A DNA stretch of 45,814 nt, from the sequence record MG050172; one strand, written 5' to 3'. The notes below the pieces were generated by a model. The model was not told the origin of the DNA and did not search any database. It worked only from the letters and a program-made list of their open reading frames with translations. Position numbers and translations under genes: made by a program. The stretch is from Escherichia phage DTL. Positions 18,095 to 27,866 of the stretch are shown piece after piece; position 1 is the first letter of the stretch; each line of letters begins with the position of its first letter.

Positions 18095-18784
18095 ATGGCT
18101 TACACCGAAGTTAAGGCTATCAATGCAGATAGCGGACGATTCAATGCACTACTGCAAGCAGCAATCACGGCAGGCTTTCAGCCAGTAAGTAAAATCACGG
18201 TAAATGGCTCACAGTCATATTCCCTCGTTGTTGCTAAGGGTGCTGATAGTTCAATAACTGAAGCTAAGGTGATTACTTTCACAAATATGCGCAAGCTGTT
18301 CGAAGCCATTGAGGCCGCGTCTAATGACGGATTTACCATTGACACATCAAGCCTGAACCTTACCTCTGGGCAGTTCTTTGCTTACGCATATAAAGGCAGT
18401 TCTGGTGGCGCAGCTTCAGTAGCCTGGGGTGATGTGACCGGAAAGCCAGCAACTTTTGCGCCGATTGTTGGTAATGGAGCAAACCAAGCCATGGCTGGCG
18501 ATAAGACGTTGGCTAACATTGGTGGTGTAGTTCCTGTGTCTGGACTTCCCGCCGCAAGCACCTCGGCGGCTGTGGTTATCCAGATTGGCGCTGGTGCAGT
18601 TCAAGCCATGCCTGGCAATAAGTTTGTTGCAGGTGCGGCTGTCGCTAACGTTGGAACCCAGGCCGTGGCTGGCGCTGACGCTGCTGAAGTGGCCACCTCA
18701 GCTACCACGGCAGTTAACGCAGTAGCCAGTAAAGTAAACGACCTTCTCGCGCAGCTTCGAGTAGCTAAGATTATCGCAAGCTAA
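18095..18784 (+). CDS. hypothetical Ala/Gly-rich structural protein with internal repeats
   Basis: Repeated AMAGDK / AMPGNK / AVAGAD segments; RBS AAGGAG. Confidence 0.35.
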   Translation: MAYTEVKAINADSGRFNALLQAAITAGFQPVSKITVNGSQSYSLVVAKGADSSITEAKVITFTNMRKLFEAIEAASNDGFTIDTSSLNLTSGQFFAYAYKGSSGGAASVAWGDVTGKPATFAPIVGNGANQAMAGDKTLANIGGVVPVSGLPAASTSAAVVIQIGAGAVQAMPGNKFVAGAAVANVGTQAVAGADAAEVATSATTAVNAVASKVNDLLAQLRVAKIIAS

Positions 18785-18876
18785 CACGTCGTGGGCGACT
18801 AACTTATCTGTTGATTTGCGGTCGCCCTACTGTATAATGAATCCGTAGACACATAACTGAAAAGGAACAATAAAGA

Positions 18877-19818
18877 ATGGCCATTAAATTTGATGCAGAA
18901 CAAGCAAAAATCACCGCTCACCTAGAGCAAATTGGCGTAGAGAAAGCCGATGCCGCTGGTGTCTGGACTGTTAGCCAGCTTACCGCTGCTCTGAATCGTG
19001 CTTACGAAAAAGAATACGCAGAAAACTCTGTTGTTAACATCTTCCCTGTAACCAATGAAATTCCTGGTCATGCGAAGTATTTCGAATACCCAGAATTTGA
19101 TGGTGTTGGTATTGCTCAGATTATCGCCGATTACTCTGATGACCTGCCGCTGGTTGATGCTTTCATGACTGAGAAACAAGGTAAAGTGTTCCGTTTCGGT
19201 AACGCATTCCTGATCTCAACCGATGAAATCAAAGCCGGTGCCGCAACGGGTCAGTCTCTATCAACTCGCAAGCAGGCACTTGCATTCGAAGCGCACGACA
19301 ACCTGCTGGATAAACTGGTTTGGTCTGGCTCAGCTCCGCACGGTATCCCTAGCGTATTCGACCATCCGAACATCAACAACGTTGTTGCTGGTACGTGGAA
19401 CTCCGCAGCTGCTGCCATGACTGATATTACCTCACTTATTGATGCAATCGAGACTTCGACCAATGGCACTCACACCGCAACTGATATCTTGCTGCCTGCT
19501 TCCGCTCGCCGACTGATGCAAGAGCTGGTTCCTAACACCTCTATCAGTTACGCGCAGCTGTTCGCCACCAACAACTCGGGTATCAATCTGCGTTACCTTC
19601 AGTTCCTGGATAACTACGATGGCGCAGGTGGTAAGGCTGCTCTGGCGTTTGAGAAGGACCAATTAAATATGTCTATCGAGATCCCGGAGGTTACTAACGT
19701 ACTTCCGGCTCAACCGAAAGACCTGCATTTCCGATATCCTGTAACATCAAAAGCTACAGGTTTGATCGTTTATCGTCCACTGACGATGGCCGTAATGAAA
19801 GGTATTACTTTCAAGTAA
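18877..19818 (+). CDS. major capsid protein
   Basis: 313 aa, position in head module; preceded by TATAAT and followed by strong terminator. Confidence 0.65.
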   Translation: MAIKFDAEQAKITAHLEQIGVEKADAAGVWTVSQLTAALNRAYEKEYAENSVVNIFPVTNEIPGHAKYFEYPEFDGVGIAQIIADYSDDLPLVDAFMTEKQGKVFRFGNAFLISTDEIKAGAATGQSLSTRKQALAFEAHDNLLDKLVWSGSAPHGIPSVFDHPNINNVVAGTWNSAAAAMTDITSLIDAIETSTNGTHTATDILLPASARRLMQELVPNTSISYAQLFATNNSGINLRYLQFLDNYDGAGGKAALAFEKDQLNMSIEIPEVTNVLPAQPKDLHFRYPVTSKATGLIVYRPLTMAVMKGITFK

Positions 19819-19821
19819 TAA

Positions 19822-19846
19822 ATCGCCCTCTTCGGAGGGCTTTTTT
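19822..19846 (+). terminator. rho-independent terminator
   Basis: GCCCTC-TTCG-GAGGGC followed by T6. Confidence 0.7.
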
Positions 19847-19910
19847 ACGTCTGTACCAAATGGATTTGTTGAGTTATAATCACTCAATCAGATAAACAAA
19901 GGAGATTAAA

Positions 19911-20156
19911 ATGATTCGTTTAGAACACACTGGCGCTTGCCTTATCGTTTACAAGGGTGAGAAATATTTGCCTGGTGACACTATTGAGGTTGATGCAATT
20001 TGCGACGGACTTAAGCGCTTAATCGCAGAGGGTAAACTGACTATTGAGGGTGACGCAAAAGCAACCAAGCAGATCGCGCAAGAAATTGTTAGCAAGAAAA
20101 AGCGCAAAGAACCGAAAACCATCTCCGAAGCTGAGGCGGGTAACGAGTATAAATAA
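19911..20156 (+). CDS. hypothetical protein
   Basis: 81-aa ORF; RBS AAGGAG. Confidence 0.4.
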   Translation: MIRLEHTGACLIVYKGEKYLPGDTIEVDAICDGLKRLIAEGKLTIEGDAKATKQIAQEIVSKKKRKEPKTISEAEAGNEYK

Positions 20157-20182
20157 CAAACAGGGCGCTTCGGCGTCCTTTA

Positions 20183-20599
20183 TTGTATGGAGGTAATATG
20201 AATGATGCAATTTTGGCGTTTATGCGCTCGCTTGTTCCGGCGCTCAAGGTGGTGGATGACGAATCAATTAATGTATGGATTGATTTGGCACGTCTATACG
20301 TATGCGAAAGCAAGTTTGGAGCAGATAAAGATAAGGCTGTGGGACTTTATGCATTACACTTGATGCTCGCTGATGGCGCGTTCAAGGGCGAGAATGAAGG
20401 CCTGGAAACATACAGCCGTAGAATGGCGAGTTACGCACTGAGCGGTGAATTTTCCATCACCTATGATAACCAATCAGCAATCCAGGGTGATTTATCATCT
20501 TCCTCCTGGGGGCGCATGTACAAAGCACTTCTCCGCAAGAAAGGTGGCGGCTTTGGATTGATCACTTCCGCTGGTGGCGGTGGGTGCGGTTGCCGATGA
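20183..20599 (+). CDS. putative head-tail connector protein
   Basis: 138-aa ORF between capsid and tail genes. Confidence 0.3.
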   Translation: MYGGNMNDAILAFMRSLVPALKVVDDESINVWIDLARLYVCESKFGADKDKAVGLYALHLMLADGAFKGENEGLETYSRRMASYALSGEFSITYDNQSAIQGDLSSSSWGRMYKALLRKKGGGFGLITSAGGGGCGCR

Positions 20600-20967
20600 A
20601 CTACAGTGAAATTGAATCAATCACTCGCGCTGGAATTAACTTCTTTAGTGATGCTAATGGCGTTTACGAGATGAGCACTGGCGCTGGATATGTTGAAATC
20701 GTTAACGGCGTAGAGGTTGTGGTTAATTCGCAGGCATTCCAGCTAAAAGGCCTGGTGCGAGAAATCAAGGCGCGAGATATTGATGGTGAGTTTATCCAGT
20801 TTGGCGATAAGCGCGGAATCTTCACGGCACAGGTTGAAATCAAACAGGGTTATCAGATTAAAGTTGATGGCGAGACTTTTGTTGTTGTTGACCCGCGCCC
20901 TGTAAAACCAACCGGAACAGTGGTTGGTTATAGACCGATTCTTCGTAGGGTGGCTACTTATGGCTAG
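20584..20967 (+). CDS. putative head-tail joining protein
   Basis: 127-aa ORF overlapping neighbours. Confidence 0.3.
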   Translation: MRLPMNYSEIESITRAGINFFSDANGVYEMSTGAGYVEIVNGVEVVVNSQAFQLKGLVREIKARDIDGEFIQFGDKRGIFTAQVEIKQGYQIKVDGETFVVVDPRPVKPTGTVVGYRPILRRVATYG

Positions 20968-21397
20968 AAATATTGGAAGCGTGGCTACTTTTGAGAAATC
21001 TATTGCCGACTGGATTGACAGGGCCGATAAAGGTTTTGAGATTATAGTGGCTAATACGGTCACTAAAACAGCTAACGCAATTGTTGACCTTTCGCCTGTC
21101 GACACGGGTAGGTTCAAAGCTAACTGGCAAATCACCGCAAATTCACCGGCCCAGCAATCACTGAATGAGTACGATCAGACTGGTTGGCAGACGAAAACAT
21201 ATCTCGCCAGACAAGCTAGGGCAGCTGCCAATTCAAAGGCCACTAGTGTTATTTATATAACCAACCGACTTGATTACGCAGCAGATCTTGAGTACGGAGC
21301 TTCAAATCAGGCTCCAGCTGGCGTTTTGGGAGTGGTGCAGGCAAGGTTAGGCAGGTATTTCCAGGAAGCAGTAGAGGAGGCGCGTCGTGCAATATGA
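20960..21397 (+). CDS. putative tail completion / neck protein (HK97 gp10-like)
   Basis: Motif VDTGRFKANW; internal ATG 20960 preferred over track start 20924. Confidence 0.4.
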   Translation: MARNIGSVATFEKSIADWIDRADKGFEIIVANTVTKTANAIVDLSPVDTGRFKANWQITANSPAQQSLNEYDQTGWQTKTYLARQARAAANSKATSVIYITNRLDYAADLEYGASNQAPAGVLGVVQARLGRYFQEAVEEARRAI

Positions 21398-21788
21398 ATT
21401 ATCATTAGCGGCAAGGAAATTCGTCAATGATTTACTGGTAAATGAATTTCCGGTCAGATATCCAGTTGCGTGGGAGAATGCTGCATTCACTCCTCCGGCG
21501 GATGGGTCAATCTGGCTTAAGTACGACTACACAGAAGCTGACACTGTAACCTACGGATTAAGCAGGAAGTGCAAATACTACGTAGGCATGGTGCAGATCT
21601 CTGTTTTCTTCAGCCCTGGAACTGGAATTGACAGGCCCAGACAAATCGCTAATAAATTGGCAGAATCTATCATTGATGGTACAATGCTTGACAGCGGGAC
21701 CATTTATGAGTCTGGATTTGTTAACCCCGTTATCAAATCTAAGTCTGGGTGGTTTATCCCGGTTCGTTTTTATGTTCGTCTAGACTAA
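21387..21788 (+). CDS. putative tail terminator protein
   Basis: 133-aa ORF just upstream of major tail gene. Confidence 0.35.
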   Translation: MQYELSLAARKFVNDLLVNEFPVRYPVAWENAAFTPPADGSIWLKYDYTEADTVTYGLSRKCKYYVGMVQISVFFSPGTGIDRPRQIANKLAESIIDGTMLDSGTIYESGFVNPVIKSKSGWFIPVRFYVRLD

Positions 21789-21815
21789 ATTAACTCATTT
21801 ATTTGGAGGTGTATT

Positions 21816-22472
21816 ATTGCTCATTTATCAAATGGCACGCAGGTCTTCGTAGAAGGCTCTCGCGGAGCTGCAATTAACGTAACTGCAATTTCTAACGCAG
21901 TTACCCCTGTTTTAACCGTAGCTGACGGCTCTGGTATTGAGGTTGGCAATCACCTCCTGTTTACCGCGTCTTCCTCTACACTGCTTGCTGACAAGCATGT
22001 CCGAGTTACCGCAGTTACTGGTACATCAATCACAGTTGAAGGTATCGATACTTCTAGTACAACAAAATTCCCGGAGGGGTTGACTGGTGAAGTGGTTAAG
22101 ATTCTTTCCTGGTTCGAGGTTCCATGCGTTCAAGATGTATCCACTGACGGCGGCGAGCAGCAGTTCGTTAGCTTCCAGTGCTTGTCAGATGACCGTGAGC
22201 AGCAGATTCCGACTTATAAATCTGCCGTAACAAACACGTTCACCTTTGCTCATGAGTACACCAACCCGGTTTATCCGGTTCTGCGTAACTACGATGAGTC
22301 AGGGCAGGTTGTCGCAATTCATCTGTATGTTCCACGCGCACAGGAGATGCGTTTGCAGTCCGGCACTATCGCTTTCAACGACACGCCAACCATTGGTGTT
22401 AACGAAATCGAAACGGTGTCCATCTCGGTATCCATTCGTGGTCGACTGTCATCTGTGGCAGCACCAGCTTAA
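21816..22472 (+). CDS. major tail protein (start codon uncertain, apparent ATT)
   Basis: Frame open from 21789 to 22472 with no ATG/GTG/TTG until 22080; strong RBS GGAGGT 5 nt upstream of ATT 21816. Confidence 0.5.
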   Translation: MAHLSNGTQVFVEGSRGAAINVTAISNAVTPVLTVADGSGIEVGNHLLFTASSSTLLADKHVRVTAVTGTSITVEGIDTSSTTKFPEGLTGEVVKILSWFEVPCVQDVSTDGGEQQFVSFQCLSDDREQQIPTYKSAVTNTFTFAHEYTNPVYPVLRNYDESGQVVAIHLYVPRAQEMRLQSGTIAFNDTPTIGVNEIETVSISVSIRGRLSSVAAPA

Positions 22473-22475
22473 AGA

Positions 22476-22500
22476 ACAAACCCTCTTCGGAGGGTTTTTT
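22476..22500 (+). terminator. rho-independent terminator
   Basis: CCCTC-TTCG-GAGGG followed by TTTTTTATT. Confidence 0.65.
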
Positions 22501-22582
22501 ATTGCATAGCACTTTTTGCTAAAGCGCTCGTTCAACTTTGCTGTATAGTTACTTCATCGAAACGAAATGAAGGAATTAAGAA

Positions 22583-22831
22583 ATGAATAACGTTAAAAAC
22601 ATTATCAAGCTCGCTGCGGTTCTTGTTGCTTTTTATGCAGTAGTTCAGATTGTTAACCCAACTGGCGAGGCTGATGCCAATAGCAAGGCAAACAGATATA
22701 CTGTTGAATTTTCTAAGGCTGAGCTAGCATGTCAGGAACTTGTAGGTGGCAAAGTTGACCAAATCATGAAATACGGCAAAGAGGTTTGTAAGGACTCGGC
22801 TGCTAAGATTGCAAAAGAAAACACTAAGTAA
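22583..22831 (+). CDS. small secreted/membrane protein (moron-like insert in tail cluster)
   Basis: N-terminal hydrophobic segment; own promoter element and CATCGAAACGAAA leader upstream. Confidence 0.45.
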   Translation: MNNVKNIIKLAAVLVAFYAVVQIVNPTGEADANSKANRYTVEFSKAELACQELVGGKVDQIMKYGKEVCKDSAAKIAKENTK

Positions 22832-22869
22832 TAGAATACATACTCACAAACAATAAGAGGATTAACATA

Positions 22870-23184
22870 ATGGCAAAGTTCAAACTTTCACTGGCGGCAC
22901 TTCCTGACTTTAAGCTGCCGGTAAAATTCAAGCTGGCTAACGACCAGGATGTAGAGGTTATCTTTACGGTCAAGCACAAGAAAACATCTGAGTTGCAGGA
23001 ATTACTTAGCAAGGAAGATTTGAGCACAAAGGAACTTATCATGGCAATTGCTTCTGATTGGGATTTGGAGGAGGAATATAACGAAGATAACGTTAATGAG
23101 TTATCTGACCTTTTCCCAGCCTCAACCGTTGCACTGACTACCGCTTACATGCAAGCTTTAGCTGGTCAGCGAGTAAAAAACTAA
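22870..23184 (+). CDS. tail assembly chaperone (lambda G-like)
   Basis: 104-aa ORF between major tail and tape measure genes; ends in slippery A_AAA_AAC. Confidence 0.65.
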   Translation: MAKFKLSLAALPDFKLPVKFKLANDQDVEVIFTVKHKKTSELQELLSKEDLSTKELIMAIASDWDLEEEYNEDNVNELSDLFPASTVALTTAYMQALAGQRVKN

Positions 23185-23504
23185 AGAGGGCGGTGTATCT
23201 ACAGTACCAGTCAGACCCAACAGATGCCGAACTGGAAGCTATTGGGATGCGCCGCTCTGATTACGAAGATGAAGAGCCTGAGGTTTTACACTTCGACGAC
23301 AACATGATGAAGGCGTGGGACATTTATTGTTCAATGGCTACACAGTGGAGAGTCGGAGCTAACGGAGCTACAGGTTTAGATTACAACGTGCTAAACTTCC
23401 TCTTTAGAGTGTATAATGTTTCTGAAGAAGAATTGGTGCTCAGCGATTTACGCATCCTTGAAGCTAAGGCTCTAGAGATGATGGATAACCTGAGAAAAAA
23501 ATAA
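22870..23504 (+). CDS. tail assembly chaperone frameshift fusion (lambda G-T-like) by -1 slip at 23175..23181
   Basis: Heptamer AAAAAAC immediately before the G stop; -1 frame is open from the slip site through 23504. Confidence 0.55.
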
Positions 23505-23539
23505 CCCGCTTCGGCGGGTTTTCTATTATGGAGGCTTAG

Positions 23540-26515
23540 ATGGCAACAAATGAATTAGCCGGAATCACACTAGCCGTAGACGTCTCGCAAGTAGACAGTG
23601 GCACGCAATCCCTGCAAAAGTTCAGACAGGCTAACCAACAGGCCGCTTCCGGTATTGGTGAGTTCGTCAACGCTGAGCAGGTTGCTAAAAACCAGGCTAG
23701 AGATACCGCTCGCGCACTGGCTGAGCAACAGGCATCTTTAGCTAAGCTTCAAACGGCTATTGACCCGACGGCTGCAAAGTTCCGCAAACTCCAGGAGGCA
23801 GCGGTAGGTCTTGATAAGGCATTCGCAGCTGGAGTAGTTCCTGATGAGGAGTTTTTCCGATTAGGTGAAGCGCTTGAAACTCAAAACGCAAAACTTGCTC
23901 GTTCACGCGCGGCGCTAACTGAGGAAGGTAGAGCGGCAGCACAGGCTGCAAAGGATAAGGCAAAAGCAAAGGCTGAAGCGGATAGGTTCATTGCATCACT
24001 TGAGCGTCAGGCTCAGGCGGCAACATTGACGCGAGAGGAGTACATAAAGTTACAAGCGGCCCAGCTTGGCGTTAGCTCTCAGGCTGCACCCATCATTGAC
24101 AGAATCGCCGACGCATCACAGAAGGCAAACACCCAGTTAATTGCTCAGAGTAAGGCTTTTCAGAAATCAGGATTAAGCGCCGGGCAATACAAGAATGCTA
24201 TATCTCAACTGCCAGCGCAGATTACTGATATTGGCACATCGCTTGCTGGAGGCATTCCGATTTGGCTTATTGCAATTCAGCAAGGTGGGCAGATCAAGGA
24301 TGCATTTGGCGGTATTGGTAACACCTTTAGATTCGCGCTTGCAGCCTTAAACCCATTCAATGTAGCTGTTGGTGTTTTGGGTGGGGCACTTGTAGCTCTT
24401 GGTGTTGGCGCGGCTCAGGCTGAAAGTGAATTCAGGGCGTTAAACTCCGCAATTGCATTCTCCAACAACTCTACAATCGCATCAATCTCGCAGGTTAGGG
24501 AGTTGGTTAGCTCTGTTTCTGATGCAACAGGTGCCACCAGGGGGCTTGTGACTAGCATCGCAACAAGCCTTATTGAACAAGGTAACCTTACGCTGACGCA
24601 GATTGACAAGATTACTAAATCGACCGCAAGATGGGCGCAGTTGACAGGTAAGGATGCGAAGGAGATTACTGGTTACTATAACCAGATTGCGAGCGACCCA
24701 ATACAGGGATTGGTTGATTTGGATAAGCGCTTTAACTTCCTCACTAATGGTCAGTTGACGACGATCGAAAACCTGAGAAAGACAAAGGGAGAAGTTGAGG
24801 CAGTTACCGCTGCGATCGATATTTTCAGCAAGTCACAGGAAGCTAACCTTAACGACATAGCAGCTCAATTGACACCACTTGAATTGGCCTGGAATGATTT
24901 CAAAAAGTACATCTCTGATATCTGGGATGCAATTAGCCGTAGAACGGTTGGGGCGCTGAACCTGTTTGTTGACGTAATTGCCGGAACAATTGAGCAAATC
25001 AGGGTCTTCATTAACCAGGGTGATGTGCTGATTGGTGAATTCGTAATTAGCGCAACCCAAGCATTGCAGAGCATTCCTGGTCTTGATGGCGTTGGTGATG
25101 ATGTTATCAAGGGTCAGCAAAAGATTATCGATGCAGCTAAGAAACAAAACCTTGAGCTAGAAAAGTCTATCAGGGAGCGATATGCCAGAATCAGAGAGGG
25201 AGAACTTGGTTACGTTACTCGCAGAGAAAATCAGAATACCAACGAGCAATCAGGGACCGATGAGGAATTCGCAAAAAGGAGGAAGGCACTTCAGGATGAA
25301 CTTGATGCGATCAAGAAGAACAGGAAAGAAGAAAATGGTAGGGTTAAAGAGCAAAGAGACCTTACAATTGGTTACGAATCCGGCGTACTGGCACTTCAGG
25401 CTCAACTCAAGGTTCTTCAGGAAAATAGGGATATTGGCGCAGTAATAAGCAATGAGCGCAAACAGTATCTTCAGGAAGAGGCCAAATTCAGGATTCTTGA
25501 ACAGAGACAACTTGATGGCTCAATTACCAAAGAGCAGGCAAGACTTCTTCTTGAAAAGGACAAGATTCTTGAGTTAGCAAAGCAGAAGGCTGAACTAGGA
25601 GATCAGATTATTTTGCAGGAGCAAGCCAATAAGTTAGCTGAAGATAACCGCAAGAAGATTATTCAGATTAACAATGAAGCAAGTAACATCGACTTGGGTG
25701 CTGGGTTATCATCTCGTGAGCAGCAAAGGGCTAAGGAGATTCAGGCACTTCAATCCAATCAGGTTAATGCTGGTGGTTCTGTTGATGACGTAGACTTTCA
25801 ACAGCTACTGGAGGCGAGACGCAACTTTTACGCTCAGGAGGATGCGCTACGTGAAAACTGGCTCGCCGGCGTGAATCAATCCTTTGCCAATTGGGCTGAG
25901 AGCGCGACGGATGCATTCTCAATTGCTGGAAGTTTAACTACTACCGTCTTCGAGGGCATTACCGACCAGATTACCAACCTTGTAACCACTGGCGAGACTA
26001 ATTTCAGGGAGTTCACAGTTAGCATCCTTAAGCAGATAGCGAAGATTGCAACCCAGCTTCTTATTGTAAAGGCCATCGAGTCTAGCTTAAGTAGCTTTGG
26101 TGGTACTGGTGGCACTATTGGTTCAATTGCCTCTGGATTAGGTTTTGCTGGTGGCGGCTACACTGGGGATGGTGGAAAATATCAGCCAGCAGGCACGGTT
26201 CATCGTGGAGAGTTTGTATTCACAAAAGAAGCTACAAGCCGAATCGGTGTGAAAAACCTTTACGCGCTAATGAAAGGATATGCAAACGGCGGCGCGGTTG
26301 GTGGTCATTCCGGTTATGCAAATGGCGGTTTGGTTTCTGGTGGAACAGATGTTAATGTTAGTGGCATCACTGTTAACGTAAACTCCGGGGTTGGTAGCGA
26401 CCCAGAGCAAGCTAAGGCATTGCAAAGTGGAGTTAAGGCAATCGTAGCGGAAGAGATTGCTCAGTCTTTCCAGCAGGGTGGCCGTGCTTATGCTTACCTT
26501 CGCGGATTCAACTAA
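23540..26515 (+). CDS. tail tape measure protein
   Basis: 991 aa, Ala/Gln-rich coiled-coil N-half, TM-like central segment, Gly-rich C-terminus; canonical position. Confidence 0.85.
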   Translation: MATNELAGITLAVDVSQVDSGTQSLQKFRQANQQAASGIGEFVNAEQVAKNQARDTARALAEQQASLAKLQTAIDPTAAKFRKLQEAAVGLDKAFAAGVVPDEEFFRLGEALETQNAKLARSRAALTEEGRAAAQAAKDKAKAKAEADRFIASLERQAQAATLTREEYIKLQAAQLGVSSQAAPIIDRIADASQKANTQLIAQSKAFQKSGLSAGQYKNAISQLPAQITDIGTSLAGGIPIWLIAIQQGGQIKDAFGGIGNTFRFALAALNPFNVAVGVLGGALVALGVGAAQAESEFRALNSAIAFSNNSTIASISQVRELVSSVSDATGATRGLVTSIATSLIEQGNLTLTQIDKITKSTARWAQLTGKDAKEITGYYNQIASDPIQGLVDLDKRFNFLTNGQLTTIENLRKTKGEVEAVTAAIDIFSKSQEANLNDIAAQLTPLELAWNDFKKYISDIWDAISRRTVGALNLFVDVIAGTIEQIRVFINQGDVLIGEFVISATQALQSIPGLDGVGDDVIKGQQKIIDAAKKQNLELEKSIRERYARIREGELGYVTRRENQNTNEQSGTDEEFAKRRKALQDELDAIKKNRKEENGRVKEQRDLTIGYESGVLALQAQLKVLQENRDIGAVISNERKQYLQEEAKFRILEQRQLDGSITKEQARLLLEKDKILELAKQKAELGDQIILQEQANKLAEDNRKKIIQINNEASNIDLGAGLSSREQQRAKEIQALQSNQVNAGGSVDDVDFQQLLEARRNFYAQEDALRENWLAGVNQSFANWAESATDAFSIAGSLTTTVFEGITDQITNLVTTGETNFREFTVSILKQIAKIATQLLIVKAIESSLSSFGGTGGTIGSIASGLGFAGGGYTGDGGKYQPAGTVHRGEFVFTKEATSRIGVKNLYALMKGYANGGAVGGHSGYANGGLVSGGTDVNVSGITVNVNSGVGSDPEQAKALQSGVKAIVAEEIAQSFQQGGRAYAYLRGFN

Positions 26516-26546
26516 TTAACGGGGCTTCGGCCCCTAAGGATTTTTT

Positions 26547-26897
26547 ATGGCTATTGATACATTTAATTACTGCACTCAAGTCCAAAATGGAGGCGGCTCA
26601 TTTACCAACGCAAGCAATGTAAGGAGTGTTTCATTCGGAAATGGATACAAGCAAATTGGAAGTGGAGGATATAACACAAACGTCAGAACCTACAACATGA
26701 CATATACCAACACTAACTGGAAGGAAGTGTTAGACTTCTGTTTTACGCACATCATTACACCTTTTGCGTGGACCACACCGCAGGGTGAGATTAAGTTGTT
26801 TGTTGTTTCTCAGGATAGCATTAGCGTCACACCAGTCAGCAAGGTGATTCAGACTGTAAGCATGCAATTCGTGGAAGTTTTTAGCTCAATGCGTTAA
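26547..26897 (+). CDS. minor tail protein (lambda M-like)
   Basis: 116 aa directly after tape measure. Confidence 0.6.
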   Translation: MAIDTFNYCTQVQNGGGSFTNASNVRSVSFGNGYKQIGSGGYNTNVRTYNMTYTNTNWKEVLDFCFTHIITPFAWTTPQGEIKLFVVSQDSISVTPVSKVIQTVSMQFVEVFSSMR

Positions 26898-26924
26898 ACT
26901 AAGCCCCATTAGGGGCTTTTTTTA

Positions 26925-27813
26925 TTGGAGAAAATCATGTTAAGTACAAAGTTTGAAAATCAGTTGCAAAGCCTTTTTCCTGGCGAGATTGTGACATTAA
27001 TCCAGGTTGACGGAACCTCTTTTGGCAGTCTCGTTTATTCGTTCCACAATGAGAACATTTCATACACACCTGAAGAGATCATGCTAGCCCAAATGAATGG
27101 CGAGCCACTACCAGAGAAAACCATCACCTTTCGTGGTGAAGAGTACGGGCCTCGCCCATTCGGTATCTCGGGCATTAATATGACCTCTGACGGAAAAGCC
27201 AACAAGGTTACACTAACAGTATCAAACGTAGACCAGCGCATTAGCGCATTGATTAGAACATACAACGGACTTGTTAAAGCTAAGGTTACCATATGGATTA
27301 CCACGAGAGATAACATCAATGAAGACGGAAGCATTGCTGATGGTGACTATCGCAGATTTGTTTACTTCATTGAGCGACCGAAGCAGGTTGATTACAAAAC
27401 TGCGTCATTTGAGCTTAGTAGCCCGATGGATATGGATGGCATTTACATCCCTGCCAGACTTGTTTGACTATCGCAGATTTGTTTACTTCATTGAGCGACC
27501 GAAGCAGGTTGATTACAAAACTGCGTCATTTGAGCTTAGTAGCCCGATGGATATGGATGGCATTTACATCCCTGCCAGACTTGTTCAATCGGTTTGCTAT
27601 TGGGCGTCCAGGGGCTGGTATCGTAGCGGTAATGGTTGCGGCTATGCTGGTAATAGATACTTCAACAAGGATGATGAGCCTGTGTCAGACCCCTCATTAG
27701 ACTTCTGCGCAGGAACTGTTAACAGTTGCAAAATTAGGTTTGGAGAGAATAATCAGCTGGACTTTGGTGGTTGCGCGGCAGCAAGTCTTCAGGCTAAAGC
27801 GAATCAATCATAG
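26925..27813 (+). pseudogene. minor tail protein (lambda L-like) frameshifted by a 121-bp tandem duplication
   Basis: Track ORFs 26925..27467 and 27271..27813 both encode DYRRFVYFIERPKQVDYKTASFELSSPMDMDGIYIPARLV in different frames. Confidence 0.6.
27344..27585 (+). repeat. perfect tandem direct duplication, 2 x 121 bp
   Basis: 27344..27464 and 27465..27585 identical base-for-base on hand comparison. Confidence 0.85.
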
Positions 27814-27866
27814 CACTTTTTGTTAAGAGGACGGCCCAGATTTGGGCTATCCTCTAATCTCTTAAA

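Noticed and set aside
23757-26115. Several short antisense ORFs inside the tape measure gene
   Set aside because: All are nested within a 991-aa ORF with canonical position and composition.
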